Of a stretch of 64,000 nucleotides of DNA, positions 37,887 through 46,594 are shown piece by piece. The DNA is from a bacterium (GTDB lineage Bacteria > Armatimonadota > Fimbriimonadia > Fimbriimonadales > Fimbriimonadaceae): positions 906,356-970,355 of the forward strand of contig PNMZ01000001.1 of NCBI GenBank assembly GCA_013823945.1, in the 5' to 3' direction. The notes under the pieces were generated by a model. That model was not told the DNA's origin, did not search any database, and was given only the letters and a program-made list of their open reading frames with translations. Position 1 is the stretch's first letter, and each line of letters begins with the position of its first letter. A program made the translations under genes and the position numbers.

Positions 37887-38471
37887 GTGTTGTCCAACGC
37901 GTACGACCACTCCAAGACTGAAACTTTCGACGACGATTTGATCCTCGTCGACAAGGTCTTGTCGTCTGACCACCACGCGTTTCAGTCGCTCTACGAAAAG
38001 TATTACGACCGTGTTTTCGCGATTGCCCGAGGAATTCTTTTGGATAGTGACGAAGCTGCCGACTCTGTTCAAGAAATTTTCACTCTTGTTTACAAAAATC
38101 TTCCCCGGTTTGACCGCCGTTCCAAGTTCAGCACCTGGTTATTCCGTATCGCGGTCAATCGTTCGATCCAGCAAGCCCGGAAACTCAAGTTTAAGAAACG
38201 GCAGACCGAATTAGATTCGTTCGTTGATTCCATCCCTGACCGGGAGCCATCCGCCGAGCACAACGATCCTCGCGTCAACGAAGCCATGATTCAGCTTCAC
38301 CCTAACGATCGTGCGATACTTACTTTGTTTTATTGGGATGAACTGAGCCTTCAGGAGATTGCGGACAGTATTGGTTGCAGCTCCAATGCGGCAAAGACGC
38401 GCCTCTTTCGCGCTCGTGAGCGATTTAGAGAAATCTACGAAAAAATCCCCGCCCAGGAGGATCATTCATGA
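37887..38471 (+). CDS. RNA polymerase sigma-70 factor, ECF subfamily
   Basis: Region 2 (FQSLYEKYYDRVFAIARGIL...EIFTLVYKNLPRF) and region 4 HTH (LSLQEIADSIGCSSNAAKTRLFRARE). Confidence 0.8.
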   Translation: MLSNAYDHSKTETFDDDLILVDKVLSSDHHAFQSLYEKYYDRVFAIARGILLDSDEAADSVQEIFTLVYKNLPRFDRRSKFSTWLFRIAVNRSIQQARKLKFKKRQTELDSFVDSIPDREPSAEHNDPRVNEAMIQLHPNDRAILTLFYWDELSLQEIADSIGCSSNAAKTRLFRARERFREIYEKIPAQEDHS

Positions 38472-39286
38472 TTTCTGAGGAACTTAACGCCAAAATCTGG
38501 CAAGTCGCTGAGTCCGGAGACGACCAGCTCATCAAGGCGTTTATCGCTGAACATCCAGAATGCAAGGCCGAGCTCCTCGCTCGGCAAAAAATGGTCACGA
38601 CCATTAAAGGCTCAAAACCCACCCACAAAGCGGCCCGCGAGCGGTTTATGCCGAGCCCCGACCGGAACTCTAATAGTCTTCCACGGTGGGCAGCTTTCGC
38701 CGCCGCTTCTACACTGATCGCGGGGGCAATTCTGGCAACTGTCGGCACGCTTCGGTTCCTTGAAACTCAGAACCAGAGCAACGTTGTTTTGACGCCGAAC
38801 CAAACGAAACCTCTAGAAGCAAACAACGGCAAGACTCTCCCCAAGACAACTCAGGAAATCATCCCCAACGTTCCGACCGACCCCAATACTCAACTCGTTC
38901 CTGGGCAAACCCCGCCCGTCCAAGAGCTGCGGTTGATTGATACTCCCGTCACCCTTGTCGCTTCCAATATTCGACTTGATGATGCCCTCAATGACATTGC
39001 CCTTCAAGCGGGAATCCGGCTCAACTCAGCACCTGGGATGCCCAATCCCAATATCCAGGTGGATTTTCGCGATGTTCCGGCCATTGAAGTTTTGCGGGCG
39101 ATTGGGCAGCAACTTGAATTCACACCAATGATCGAAACCAGCTCTTCGATTCTCCTAGTTCCGGCGCGTGATCCCAAAGCACCGGAGAGCGGACTTCCTG
39201 GTTTGGTCAATCCTGCTCCGTCTCCCGGAGAATCGGCCGGGCTCCTCCCGATTCCAACTCAAACTGACCCAACCGGAAACGAGTAA
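38468..39286 (+). CDS. Putative anti-sigma factor (single TM) with a periplasmic STN-like domain
   Basis: Overlaps the sigma gene stop (ATGA). One TM (AAFAAASTLIAGAILATV). The periplasmic segment LDDALNDIALQAGIRLN...VPAIEVLRAIGQQLEFTP resembles the secretin/TonB N-terminal (STN) fold. Confidence 0.5.
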   Translation: MISEELNAKIWQVAESGDDQLIKAFIAEHPECKAELLARQKMVTTIKGSKPTHKAARERFMPSPDRNSNSLPRWAAFAAASTLIAGAILATVGTLRFLETQNQSNVVLTPNQTKPLEANNGKTLPKTTQEIIPNVPTDPNTQLVPGQTPPVQELRLIDTPVTLVASNIRLDDALNDIALQAGIRLNSAPGMPNPNIQVDFRDVPAIEVLRAIGQQLEFTPMIETSSSILLVPARDPKAPESGLPGLVNPAPSPGESAGLLPIPTQTDPTGNE

Positions 39287-39336
39287 TTTTTCTGAACTTT
39301 CTGCGATGACAAAACGTTAATATGAACGGATGTCCC

Positions 39337-40140
39337 ATGCGGAAAGCCTTTACCCTCATTGAACTGCTCGTCGTGATCGCCATTATTGCGATCCTCGCCG
39401 CGATCCTTTTCCCTGTATTTGCCCAAGCCAAGCTTGCGGCGAAACAAACCCAGTCGCTCAGTAATATGCGGCAGTTGAGCCTCAGCGTTTTGATCTACGC
39501 CGGTGACTATGATGACTTTTTTGTCCCTGCTTCCAACCGGCCCCCAACTGGCGGCGATCCTATCATCTGGACCGAGGGACTCGCTCTGTACGTCAAGAAC
39601 ACTCAAATTTTCATTACTCCGGATTCGAATGGCGGATATGCCTCGAATTGGTCAACAAGGCGGCATCAATCCGTAGGTTATAGCGACGCAACGGGGGTGA
39701 ACATTCTCAGTACCGAGATTCCTGGTGCGGCTAATCCAGGAACCGAAGGGTTTGCCAGTGCGGTTAATTTCAGCCAAGCTGAGGAGTCGGCTCGGATCGG
39801 GCTCTTTGCGATTTCGGCGAACGCCCCACTGAACGTTACGACTACGAAGCATCGCGGCTATGTCTTCAATCCTTACAATGGGCTTAATTCGCCCGATGGA
39901 GTTTATTCGAAGGGCCTCCCGCTTATCTCTGACCGTGACCTCGTTACCCAGACGGGCGATGAGAATTATCCCAATTCCCCGAGCTTGACCCCTGGCGAAC
40001 TCAAACCTGTCCTGGCTCCGTTTGGGGCCGACAAGCGTAATAACGGCCGCACTCCGGTTGTCTTCGCGGATGGGCACGCAAAGGTCTATAGCGCCAAATC
40101 GCTCAATACGTTCGGAAATGTCATCTGGCGCTTCAGATAA
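39337..40140 (+). CDS. Prepilin-type N-terminal cleavage/methylation domain protein (DUF1559-like pseudopilin)
   Basis: MRKAFTLIELLVVIAIIAILAAILFPVF is a type IV pilin-like leader and hydrophobic helix. C-terminal ...VVFADGHAKVY. The family is greatly expanded in PVC bacteria. Confidence 0.7.
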   Translation: MRKAFTLIELLVVIAIIAILAAILFPVFAQAKLAAKQTQSLSNMRQLSLSVLIYAGDYDDFFVPASNRPPTGGDPIIWTEGLALYVKNTQIFITPDSNGGYASNWSTRRHQSVGYSDATGVNILSTEIPGAANPGTEGFASAVNFSQAEESARIGLFAISANAPLNVTTTKHRGYVFNPYNGLNSPDGVYSKGLPLISDRDLVTQTGDENYPNSPSLTPGELKPVLAPFGADKRNNGRTPVVFADGHAKVYSAKSLNTFGNVIWRFR

Positions 40141-40200
40141 ACTGATTGCGAGGCTTGACAGTCATCTGCTTCGTCAATAAAATGACTAGAGAAGTAGCCC

Positions 40201-40953
40201 ATGAGCGATAACAACAAAAACGAAGAACCGACCCTCGAACAAGTCGATATCGCTAAAGAACGGGTTGCCGCTGACTCCTTTATGGCCGTCCTCCCCGGTC
40301 TTCTGATTCTGATTATTGCGGGAATAATGGCCTTTTATACCAACCAGCAGTCCGGTCAGCCAATGCCTCTGAGCTTGGTTCTCGGTGTTATCGGGATCGC
40401 TCTGCTCGGCTACGGCATCTTTCGTGCGACGAGAATCAAAGCGATTGAGGGCCATCCAATTGATTGTCCGTTCTGTGAAAAAACAAACGTCCTCACGGCG
40501 GCTCCCCAGTCAGATTTCCGATGTACTCACTGCAACCGCGATGTCCCGGTCGAAAACGGGGTTGTCCTCCGCGTCTACCAAGTGCGATGTGGATATTGCA
40601 ACACTCTCAACTATTACAGCGACAAGTCTACAGGGCTAATTTGCGAGTCGTGTGACCGAGAAATCCCGATTGCCACGGACGAAGAAACCACGGCCAAAAA
40701 GGTGTTTGAGTCTTATACCATTCATGACGATAACCAGCCTTACGATTTGATTTTGACTTCTGCGCCTAAGTCAGACGAAATGATCGCCTGTCTCCAGCAG
40801 ATGCTTGCCCTGAACCGAAATCAAGTTAAGGACATTATTGAGGATCTCCCGCAAACCTTGCTGACGGGCATCCCCAAGAAGAAAGCAGAGCTTCTGACCG
40901 CCCAGATCGCCGTACACAAAGGCCGAGCTGAGTCTAAAGTTAGCGGTACATAA
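40201..40953 (+). CDS. Membrane protein with two zinc-ribbon modules and a C-terminal ribosomal L7/L12 C-terminal-domain-like fold
   Basis: Two TM helices, then four CxxC pairs (CPFCEK...CTHCNR...CGYCNT...CESCDR). The C-terminal segment YDLILTSAPKSDEMIACLQQMLALNRNQVKDIIEDLPQTLLTGIPKKKAELLTAQIAVHKGRAESK aligns position-by-position with the L7/L12 CTD pattern FDVIL...KVAVIKAVR...LKEAKDLVESAP.ALKEGVSK.EAE.LK..LE.AGA.VE.K. Confidence 0.5.
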   Translation: MSDNNKNEEPTLEQVDIAKERVAADSFMAVLPGLLILIIAGIMAFYTNQQSGQPMPLSLVLGVIGIALLGYGIFRATRIKAIEGHPIDCPFCEKTNVLTAAPQSDFRCTHCNRDVPVENGVVLRVYQVRCGYCNTLNYYSDKSTGLICESCDREIPIATDEETTAKKVFESYTIHDDNQPYDLILTSAPKSDEMIACLQQMLALNRNQVKDIIEDLPQTLLTGIPKKKAELLTAQIAVHKGRAESKVSGT

Positions 40954-40996
40954 ATTCACACAACTCGAGAGCGTGTGAGATTGCGCGAGAAACCAT

Positions 40997-41725
40997 ATGG
41001 AAAATACATTGCTTTCCCCATGCATATTTCCCTTCTTGATGGTCATATTTTTTGGGTTTCTCATTTACATTGCAAATTTGTATGAAAAGCGAAAGTTAGC
41101 CGAATATCAAGCATTCGCCTTAGCCAATGGATTCGATTTTCAACCCTCGATGATGGAGAATGCGACCGGGAGTTGGTTCGAGCAAATGTTTAGTTCGACA
41201 ACAACCAAGCACGCATTTCTCCAAACCCTCACCCAATTTCGACCGATTACGACCATCAGCGGAGCTGTCAAATATATTTTTACGAGTCAGACAACTGAGT
41301 TGAAATTCACGGCATTTCAGTATTCATATACTACGGGCTCGGGTAAAAATCGCACCACCCACTATTACACGGTTGCTTATGTCGATCTTCCGGTCTATGC
41401 CCCCGGATTTGAGATTTCAGGTGAAGATATTTTAGATAAGATTGGCAAAGTTTTTGGTGGTCAAGATATCGAACTGGAGCACGCAGAATTCAATGACAAG
41501 TTCCGCATTAAGTCTCCCGATGAAAAATTTGCTCATGATGTGCTCCATCCCCAGATGATGGAGTGGTTCACTGCCGTTCAGCCGCCAGGATTTCAGTGGC
41601 AAGGTAACCGAATTGTTCTCTACAAATCGGGCACGCTCGAAACCAATTTTGTTCTTAACTCCCGAGCCCAACTTGATCAGTTCTGGAAACTTGTCCCCGA
41701 CTTTGTGAAGCAAGATCACAGTTGA
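40997..41725 (+). CDS. Hypothetical membrane-anchored protein (DUF3137-like, LemA-associated); markedly low GC
   Basis: N-terminal TM (FPFLMVIFFGFLIYIANLY) and a 242 aa soluble domain with no catalytic motif, sitting immediately upstream of lemA. GC is around 44% by eye against about 57% for the flanks. Confidence 0.45.
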   Translation: MENTLLSPCIFPFLMVIFFGFLIYIANLYEKRKLAEYQAFALANGFDFQPSMMENATGSWFEQMFSSTTTKHAFLQTLTQFRPITTISGAVKYIFTSQTTELKFTAFQYSYTTGSGKNRTTHYYTVAYVDLPVYAPGFEISGEDILDKIGKVFGGQDIELEHAEFNDKFRIKSPDEKFAHDVLHPQMMEWFTAVQPPGFQWQGNRIVLYKSGTLETNFVLNSRAQLDQFWKLVPDFVKQDHS

Positions 41726-41753
41726 CCGTGCCAAACTACACTCACCACAAACT

Positions 41754-42302
41754 GTGAACCCTGCCATTTTCCTCGCTCTCGCTTCTGGCACCATGTTCAT
41801 CGCCTGGTGGGTTGCCACCTACAACCGAGGCGTGCGCGTCCACCAACACATCCGCGAATCTCGGTCGAATATTGACGTTCAGCTGAAGCGCCGCCACGAC
41901 CTTATTCCCAACCTGGTCGCCGTTTGCAAGGCCTACGCAATCCACGAACGCGAAGTCCTCGAAACCGTGGTTTCTGCGCGTAATCAAGCCGTAACTAGCC
42001 TTCAAAACCTCACATCCGGCTACGACGATGAAAACCAACTGGTCCACGCCGTGAACCAACTCATGACCGTCGTCGAGAATTATCCCCAGCTCAAGGCGGA
42101 TTCCAGCTACCTCGCTCTTCAGCAGGAACTTGTCAACACTGAAGACCGGATCGCCGCGGCTCGCCGGTTCTACAACGCTAATTGCCGCAGTTGGAACGTT
42201 CTCCGAGAGTCATTCCCCAGTTCTCTGGTCGTCAAAGGCGCACCCGCGTTTTACTACGAGGTCGAACCCCTTGCTCTGCAAGTACCGACTGTAGGGGTTT
42301 AG
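41754..42302 (+). CDS. lemA: LemA family protein
   Basis: N-terminal TM then a conserved LemA core (YNRGVRVHQHIRESRSNIDVQLKRRHDLIPNLV...RRFYNANCRSWN). 182 aa. Confidence 0.8.
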   Translation: MNPAIFLALASGTMFIAWWVATYNRGVRVHQHIRESRSNIDVQLKRRHDLIPNLVAVCKAYAIHEREVLETVVSARNQAVTSLQNLTSGYDDENQLVHAVNQLMTVVENYPQLKADSSYLALQQELVNTEDRIAAARRFYNANCRSWNVLRESFPSSLVVKGAPAFYYEVEPLALQVPTVGV

Positions 42303-42323
42303 GGGTACTTTCGACACCCGAGT

Positions 42324-42764
42324 TTAGTTGAGCCGGAAAACGAATCGAGCATTTCCTAACGCGATTTCATCCCCATCCGCCAATTCCGCATCGGTGACTC
42401 GCTCAAAATCATCCCCCCGCAATATATAAATCCCGTTACTTGATCCCAAGTCGTGAATTGAAAAAACCCCTTCCGCTTCTGTAATTTTCGCATGCTTTCG
42501 GGAAACATAGCTTCCTTCTTCCAATTCACCCAAATCGACGTCAATCGGCCCGACACTCGGATCAAACCGACCTATCACTGCCGGGCAGCTGAATCCAAAT
42601 TCAATGTCTGTTTCGGCTCCCGCTCGCTTGACGATCAACCTGGGGTGAACTTCACCCGAGGCAACTTCATGGCCACCGCCTTCATCGATCGCTTCTTTGG
42701 TCATCTCAATCGATTCGGGTTCCACTTCGGCAACGTTTTCGGTCAGGTCGTGCGGGGTTGTCAT
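42324..42764 (-). CDS. Stand-alone FHA-domain protein
   Basis: FHA core GR....DI.L....VSRKHAKI.......I.DLGSSNGIYI with the conserved R, S, H and N residues. 146 aa. Confidence 0.75.
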   Translation of the reverse strand: MTTPHDLTENVAEVEPESIEMTKEAIDEGGGHEVASGEVHPRLIVKRAGAETDIEFGFSCPAVIGRFDPSVGPIDVDLGELEEGSYVSRKHAKITEAEGVFSIHDLGSSNGIYILRGDDFERVTDAELADGDEIALGNARFVFRLN

Positions 42765-42861
42765 CGTGCGTTCATATCCTCAGAATCCCTCTTAAACCAA
42801 AAGGCGATCCCAGTATCTCTATCGGTATTTGGACGAATTCCAAAAGGTCAACCGTTGCACT

Positions 42862-43494
42862 CTAGCCAGAAATTTCTTCCCAATCCAATCCCACGCGGTC
42901 TCGTATCACCAGAACACAACCACTTTCGACCTTCACCAGCACGTCACCCTGAGCCTCATTACTGAGCGAACCCCCGCCTGCAAAACTCAATGGTGAGTGC
43001 TGCAATTCCCATTGCGCTCCCATCGTGGTCACGACCGCATCTCCCAAGGGCAAAATCGAGAATGTCCCCGATCCAAATCCCCAATTTTCACCGGGCCAAA
43101 GAATTTTCCCATGACCTTGCCCCAAGAGAAGACGCACTGGCACTTGACCCCGAACAAAGCTCATCAAACTTGCAAAGACGTGGTCAAACCGATCCCCTTC
43201 AAACCCTCCGACAACGAAATCCACTTCGCCAAGCTCTCGCAATTCAGCAATCAACTTATCACAGTCCGAAAAGTTCTGATCGATCCTTTCCCGATATTCG
43301 ACCTCCGCCAATCGTTCTTTCACCGAATCTAAATCGCCGACTACTACATCTGGACGGAAACCCGCGTCCAAACACACCTCCTGTCCGGAATCAGCCGCGA
43401 ATACAATATCTGCTCCCCCCGCTAAATCGGCCAATGATTGAAACGGCAACGATTTCCCCGCCAGAACTCCCAGAATGCGCTTTTTCTGCCCCAT
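42862..43494 (-). CDS. Thiamine diphosphokinase (thiamine pyrophosphokinase)
   Basis: GDLDS motif (VVVGDLDSVKE) in the catalytic domain and a C-terminal thiamine-binding beta domain. 210 aa. Confidence 0.65.
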   Translation of the reverse strand: MGQKKRILGVLAGKSLPFQSLADLAGGADIVFAADSGQEVCLDAGFRPDVVVGDLDSVKERLAEVEYRERIDQNFSDCDKLIAELRELGEVDFVVGGFEGDRFDHVFASLMSFVRGQVPVRLLLGQGHGKILWPGENWGFGSGTFSILPLGDAVVTTMGAQWELQHSPLSFAGGGSLSNEAQGDVLVKVESGCVLVIRDRVGLDWEEISG

Positions 43495-43790
43495 TTCGCC
43501 GATCAGTCTAACCTATCCCACAGGCACCTTACTGAAAACCCGAGTTGCGACATATCACTCCGCAACGCCCAGTAAAATCCAAATAGGGACACGTTTTTCA
43601 AAATTTTGTTTTCTTTTTTTGCCCCCTGGCAAAAATGCATTCGGCGAGTCTGGGTTCAACGGGCTTTGGACAACCTTCAACAACGCGAAACATCACTCCA
43701 ATTCCTGATAATTTTCTCTGACCCCTGAGCTCCCCTCTGTGTATACTGCCCTCACTTCTTTTGCCCCGATTGGGGGCATCGATTTGCACT

Positions 43791-45167
43791 ATGTCAGACC
43801 AGCACACGCTCATGGATCACGAAGACCTCGTCGTACTCAAAACTGCTTGGGAAAGCTCCCTCCGAGACCTGAAAGGACAAGTTCCTGAAACCGTCCTTAC
43901 GAGATTCCTCAAGAAGTTAGAGCCGATCGAGTATCGTGATGAGCGCGTGGTCTTCGCCGCTCCTGGACGGTTTGTTCATGACTGGGTCAAGGACCGTTAC
44001 GTTGACCGACTCCAAACATCGCTTTCGGAGAAGCTCGAGAAGTCGATCAAGTTTGAACTTAAAATCGCTAGCAGCGAGCGACAAGCTCCATCCAATCATG
44101 CCGTTGCGGCGGTTACCCCTCGGGCTTCTGAGCCTTCTCGATTCAAACCCATCGAACGGCTCACCTTCGACAACTTTGTCCAGGGGCAATCTAACCGACT
44201 TGCCTTTGCCGGAGCTAAGGCCGTGGCGGATAACCCTGGAACTCGGTTCAATCCGCTGTTCATTTACGGCCCTTCTGGACTCGGAAAAACCCACCTCCTC
44301 CATGCAATTGCGAACGAGATACTCGCTCGTGATCCCTACCACAGCATCATGTATGTGACGGCGGCCCAGTTCATGGAAGATTTTGTCACGGCTCTCAAGA
44401 ACAACCAGATCGAGCGCTTTCGACGGCAACAACGGGGCGTCAATGTCTGGCTCCTTGATGACGTCCAATACGTTGCGGGCAAAGACAAAACTTTGGAAGA
44501 AATCTTCCACACGTTCAATTACCTCCAGAGCCTTGGCAAGCAGATCGTTCTCTGCTCTGACCGCCCGCCGCGCGACCTCCTTTTAATGGATGAGCGGCTT
44601 CGGTCTCGCTTTGAATCCGGGCTGGTTGTTGACGTCCAGCACCCTGACACTGAAACCAAATGCGCTATTTTGCTCAAGCGGGCCGACGTTGAGGGCATAA
44701 ACATTGACCAAGAGACGGCGATGGCGATTGCCGAAGGGGTCAACGGAACCGTTCGGCACCTCGAAGGAGCCTTGCATAAATTAGCCGCTCAGTCCAGCCT
44801 AACGGGTCAACCAATCAACGCCGAGCTTGCGGCAGAGATTGTTGAACGGTATTACGCTAACTTAGTGGTGGCCAAGCCGAGTTTTGAGCAGATCGTGGGC
44901 AGTGTGAGCAAGCATTACCGGGTCGAATCGGACGAAATTTTGGGCATCTCTCGAAAAGCTCACATCGCGACGGCTCGACACGTGGCGATTTACATTACGC
45001 GTGAGATCCTCGGCGATTCTTGGAAGCAGATTGGGGCGATGTTCGGCAACAAGGATCACACATCCATGATGCACGGCTACAAGAAAGTTCGCACCATGAT
45101 GAATCAGAGTCGGGAAATGAATGCCAGCATCAGGGCTCTGATCAACGACCTCTATCCCAATCAATAA
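43791..45167 (+). CDS. dnaA: Chromosomal replication initiator protein DnaA
   Basis: AAA+ Walker A GPSGLGKTHLLHAI, Walker B LLDDVQYVAGK, sensor/box VII, and a C-terminal DNA-binding domain (ISRKAHIATARHVAIYITRE). The ATG at 43791 is preferred over the track's TTG at 43761. Confidence 0.9.
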   Translation: MSDQHTLMDHEDLVVLKTAWESSLRDLKGQVPETVLTRFLKKLEPIEYRDERVVFAAPGRFVHDWVKDRYVDRLQTSLSEKLEKSIKFELKIASSERQAPSNHAVAAVTPRASEPSRFKPIERLTFDNFVQGQSNRLAFAGAKAVADNPGTRFNPLFIYGPSGLGKTHLLHAIANEILARDPYHSIMYVTAAQFMEDFVTALKNNQIERFRRQQRGVNVWLLDDVQYVAGKDKTLEEIFHTFNYLQSLGKQIVLCSDRPPRDLLLMDERLRSRFESGLVVDVQHPDTETKCAILLKRADVEGINIDQETAMAIAEGVNGTVRHLEGALHKLAAQSSLTGQPINAELAAEIVERYYANLVVAKPSFEQIVGSVSKHYRVESDEILGISRKAHIATARHVAIYITREILGDSWKQIGAMFGNKDHTSMMHGYKKVRTMMNQSREMNASIRALINDLYPNQ

Positions 45168-45168
45168 C

Positions 45169-45921
45169 ATGCGGCTCCCCGAGCTCACTTGGCCCGATAT
45201 TAACGCCCTGGATCGCGAACGTACGGTTGTGCTCATTCCGACCGGGGCCGTCGAGCAACACGGCCCGTATCTCCCTCTGGGTACCGATACTTTTCTTGCG
45301 ACTGCCGCCGCTGAGGAGATCGCCGCTCAAATTCCCGATATCGCGCTGGTGACCCCATGCCTTTGGCTTGGCGCATCGCTTCACCATATGCCCTTTTCAG
45401 GGACATTGAGCCACAGTTTTGCGGGCTACGAAGAAGCTTTGACTCGCACCATCCAATCGCTCGCTGATCATCACTTTCTGAAATTCATGGTCATCAATGG
45501 TCACGGTGGGAATGTTGATTCCAACCACATCACTCTAAGAAAGCTTAAGTATCAGAACCCCACTCTTCAGCTTGCCGCTGCAAACTATTTTGATTTCCTA
45601 GACCAATCTGTCCTTGATTCAACCCTTGCCGGCCCGCTCAAATCCATTCGCCACGCTTGTGAAGCTGAAGCGAGTTTGATGCTGCATAAGCATCCTCAAC
45701 TGGTTCGAGTTGATTCACTTCGTGATGACGGTTTAGCATCTGAACCAGTTATCCCAGGGTTGATTTCCAATTTTGATGAGATCACGGAGGAAGGTTCTTT
45801 TGGTTATGCGACATTGGCAACTCTGGAGAAGGGGGCAACGTTGTGGCAGAGCATTATTGAAAACGGCACCGAAGCGGTCAAGCGTTTTTCTGGTGGTTAC
45901 ACATATTTGGGGATTGTTTAG
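45169..45921 (+). CDS. Creatininase (creatinine amidohydrolase) family protein
   Basis: N-terminal LIPTGAVEQHGPYLPLGTD is the creatininase metal-binding signature. INGHGGN motif also present. Confidence 0.8.
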   Translation: MRLPELTWPDINALDRERTVVLIPTGAVEQHGPYLPLGTDTFLATAAAEEIAAQIPDIALVTPCLWLGASLHHMPFSGTLSHSFAGYEEALTRTIQSLADHHFLKFMVINGHGGNVDSNHITLRKLKYQNPTLQLAAANYFDFLDQSVLDSTLAGPLKSIRHACEAEASLMLHKHPQLVRVDSLRDDGLASEPVIPGLISNFDEITEEGSFGYATLATLEKGATLWQSIIENGTEAVKRFSGGYTYLGIV

Positions 45922-45977
45922 TAAATCAATAACAATTCTTTAAATTGCAGTTTTTTTGATTGACCGAGTAACTCTTC

Positions 45978-46499
45978 GTGTATAGTAGACATATGATTCG
46001 AGATGTTGAGCCTTTGGAGGGTTTTGGCGAGCCGTGGGGTTTGCTGACGGCAATTTTGGAAGATGGGACAAGGGAGTGGCGAGGGGAGATTTGGGAGGAA
46101 GTTGGGCCGGAGGTGATGACATGGCGGCCTTATCCGGGGGGGCCAAGTGCGGGGGCGGTTTGGCTTCATTTAATCATGGTTGAGCTGGCTTGGTTTGGAT
46201 TGAAGGATGATCTAACGGAGGCGGAGAGGGCGGAGTTGCTATGGGATGCAATTGATGTAGATGAGGCTATTTGGCCGGATGCGCCAGCCCAGCCGATGAG
46301 TTGGTATGTGGCGTTGCAGGATCGGTACCGACAAGTGAGTTTGGCGGGGATCAAGAAATTTGGGGCTGCGGACGAGGTTTTGGGGTCGGGGGAGAATCGG
46401 TATACGCAGCGTTGGATTTTTGGGCATGTGATTCAGCACGAAGCATATCACGGGGGTCAGATTGTGATGTTGGTAACTCAGGCTCTGCGGGAGCAATGA
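45978..46499 (+). CDS. DinB/YfiT-like (DUF664) metal-dependent four-helix-bundle protein
   Basis: C-terminal GHVIQHEAYHGGQIVMLV matches the DinB-family His motif. Confidence 0.7.
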   Translation: MYSRHMIRDVEPLEGFGEPWGLLTAILEDGTREWRGEIWEEVGPEVMTWRPYPGGPSAGAVWLHLIMVELAWFGLKDDLTEAERAELLWDAIDVDEAIWPDAPAQPMSWYVALQDRYRQVSLAGIKKFGAADEVLGSGENRYTQRWIFGHVIQHEAYHGGQIVMLVTQALREQ

Positions 46500-46505
46500 T
46501 ATGCG

Positions 46506-46528
46506 CTGGTTTCACCAGTGCCACCCAG
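46506..46528. repeat. Solitary copy of the dispersed motif CTGGTTTCACCAGTGCCACCCAG (the hairpin part of REP-like unit 2)
   Basis: Identical 23-mer to 28912-28934 and 29870-29892 (one mismatch), lying in the convergent intergenic gap between the DinB and GH20 genes. Confidence 0.55.
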
Positions 46529-46594
46529 CCCTACCCAGGTTCAGAGATAGCCTATGTTGGTGAGCTGCAAGTCCGACGAGCGGAGTAGTTTGGA

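Noticed and set aside
43495-43790. DnaA boxes upstream of dnaA
   Set aside because: No 9-mer within one mismatch of TTATCCACA / TGTGGATAA was found by eye. Only the AT-rich stretch is reported.
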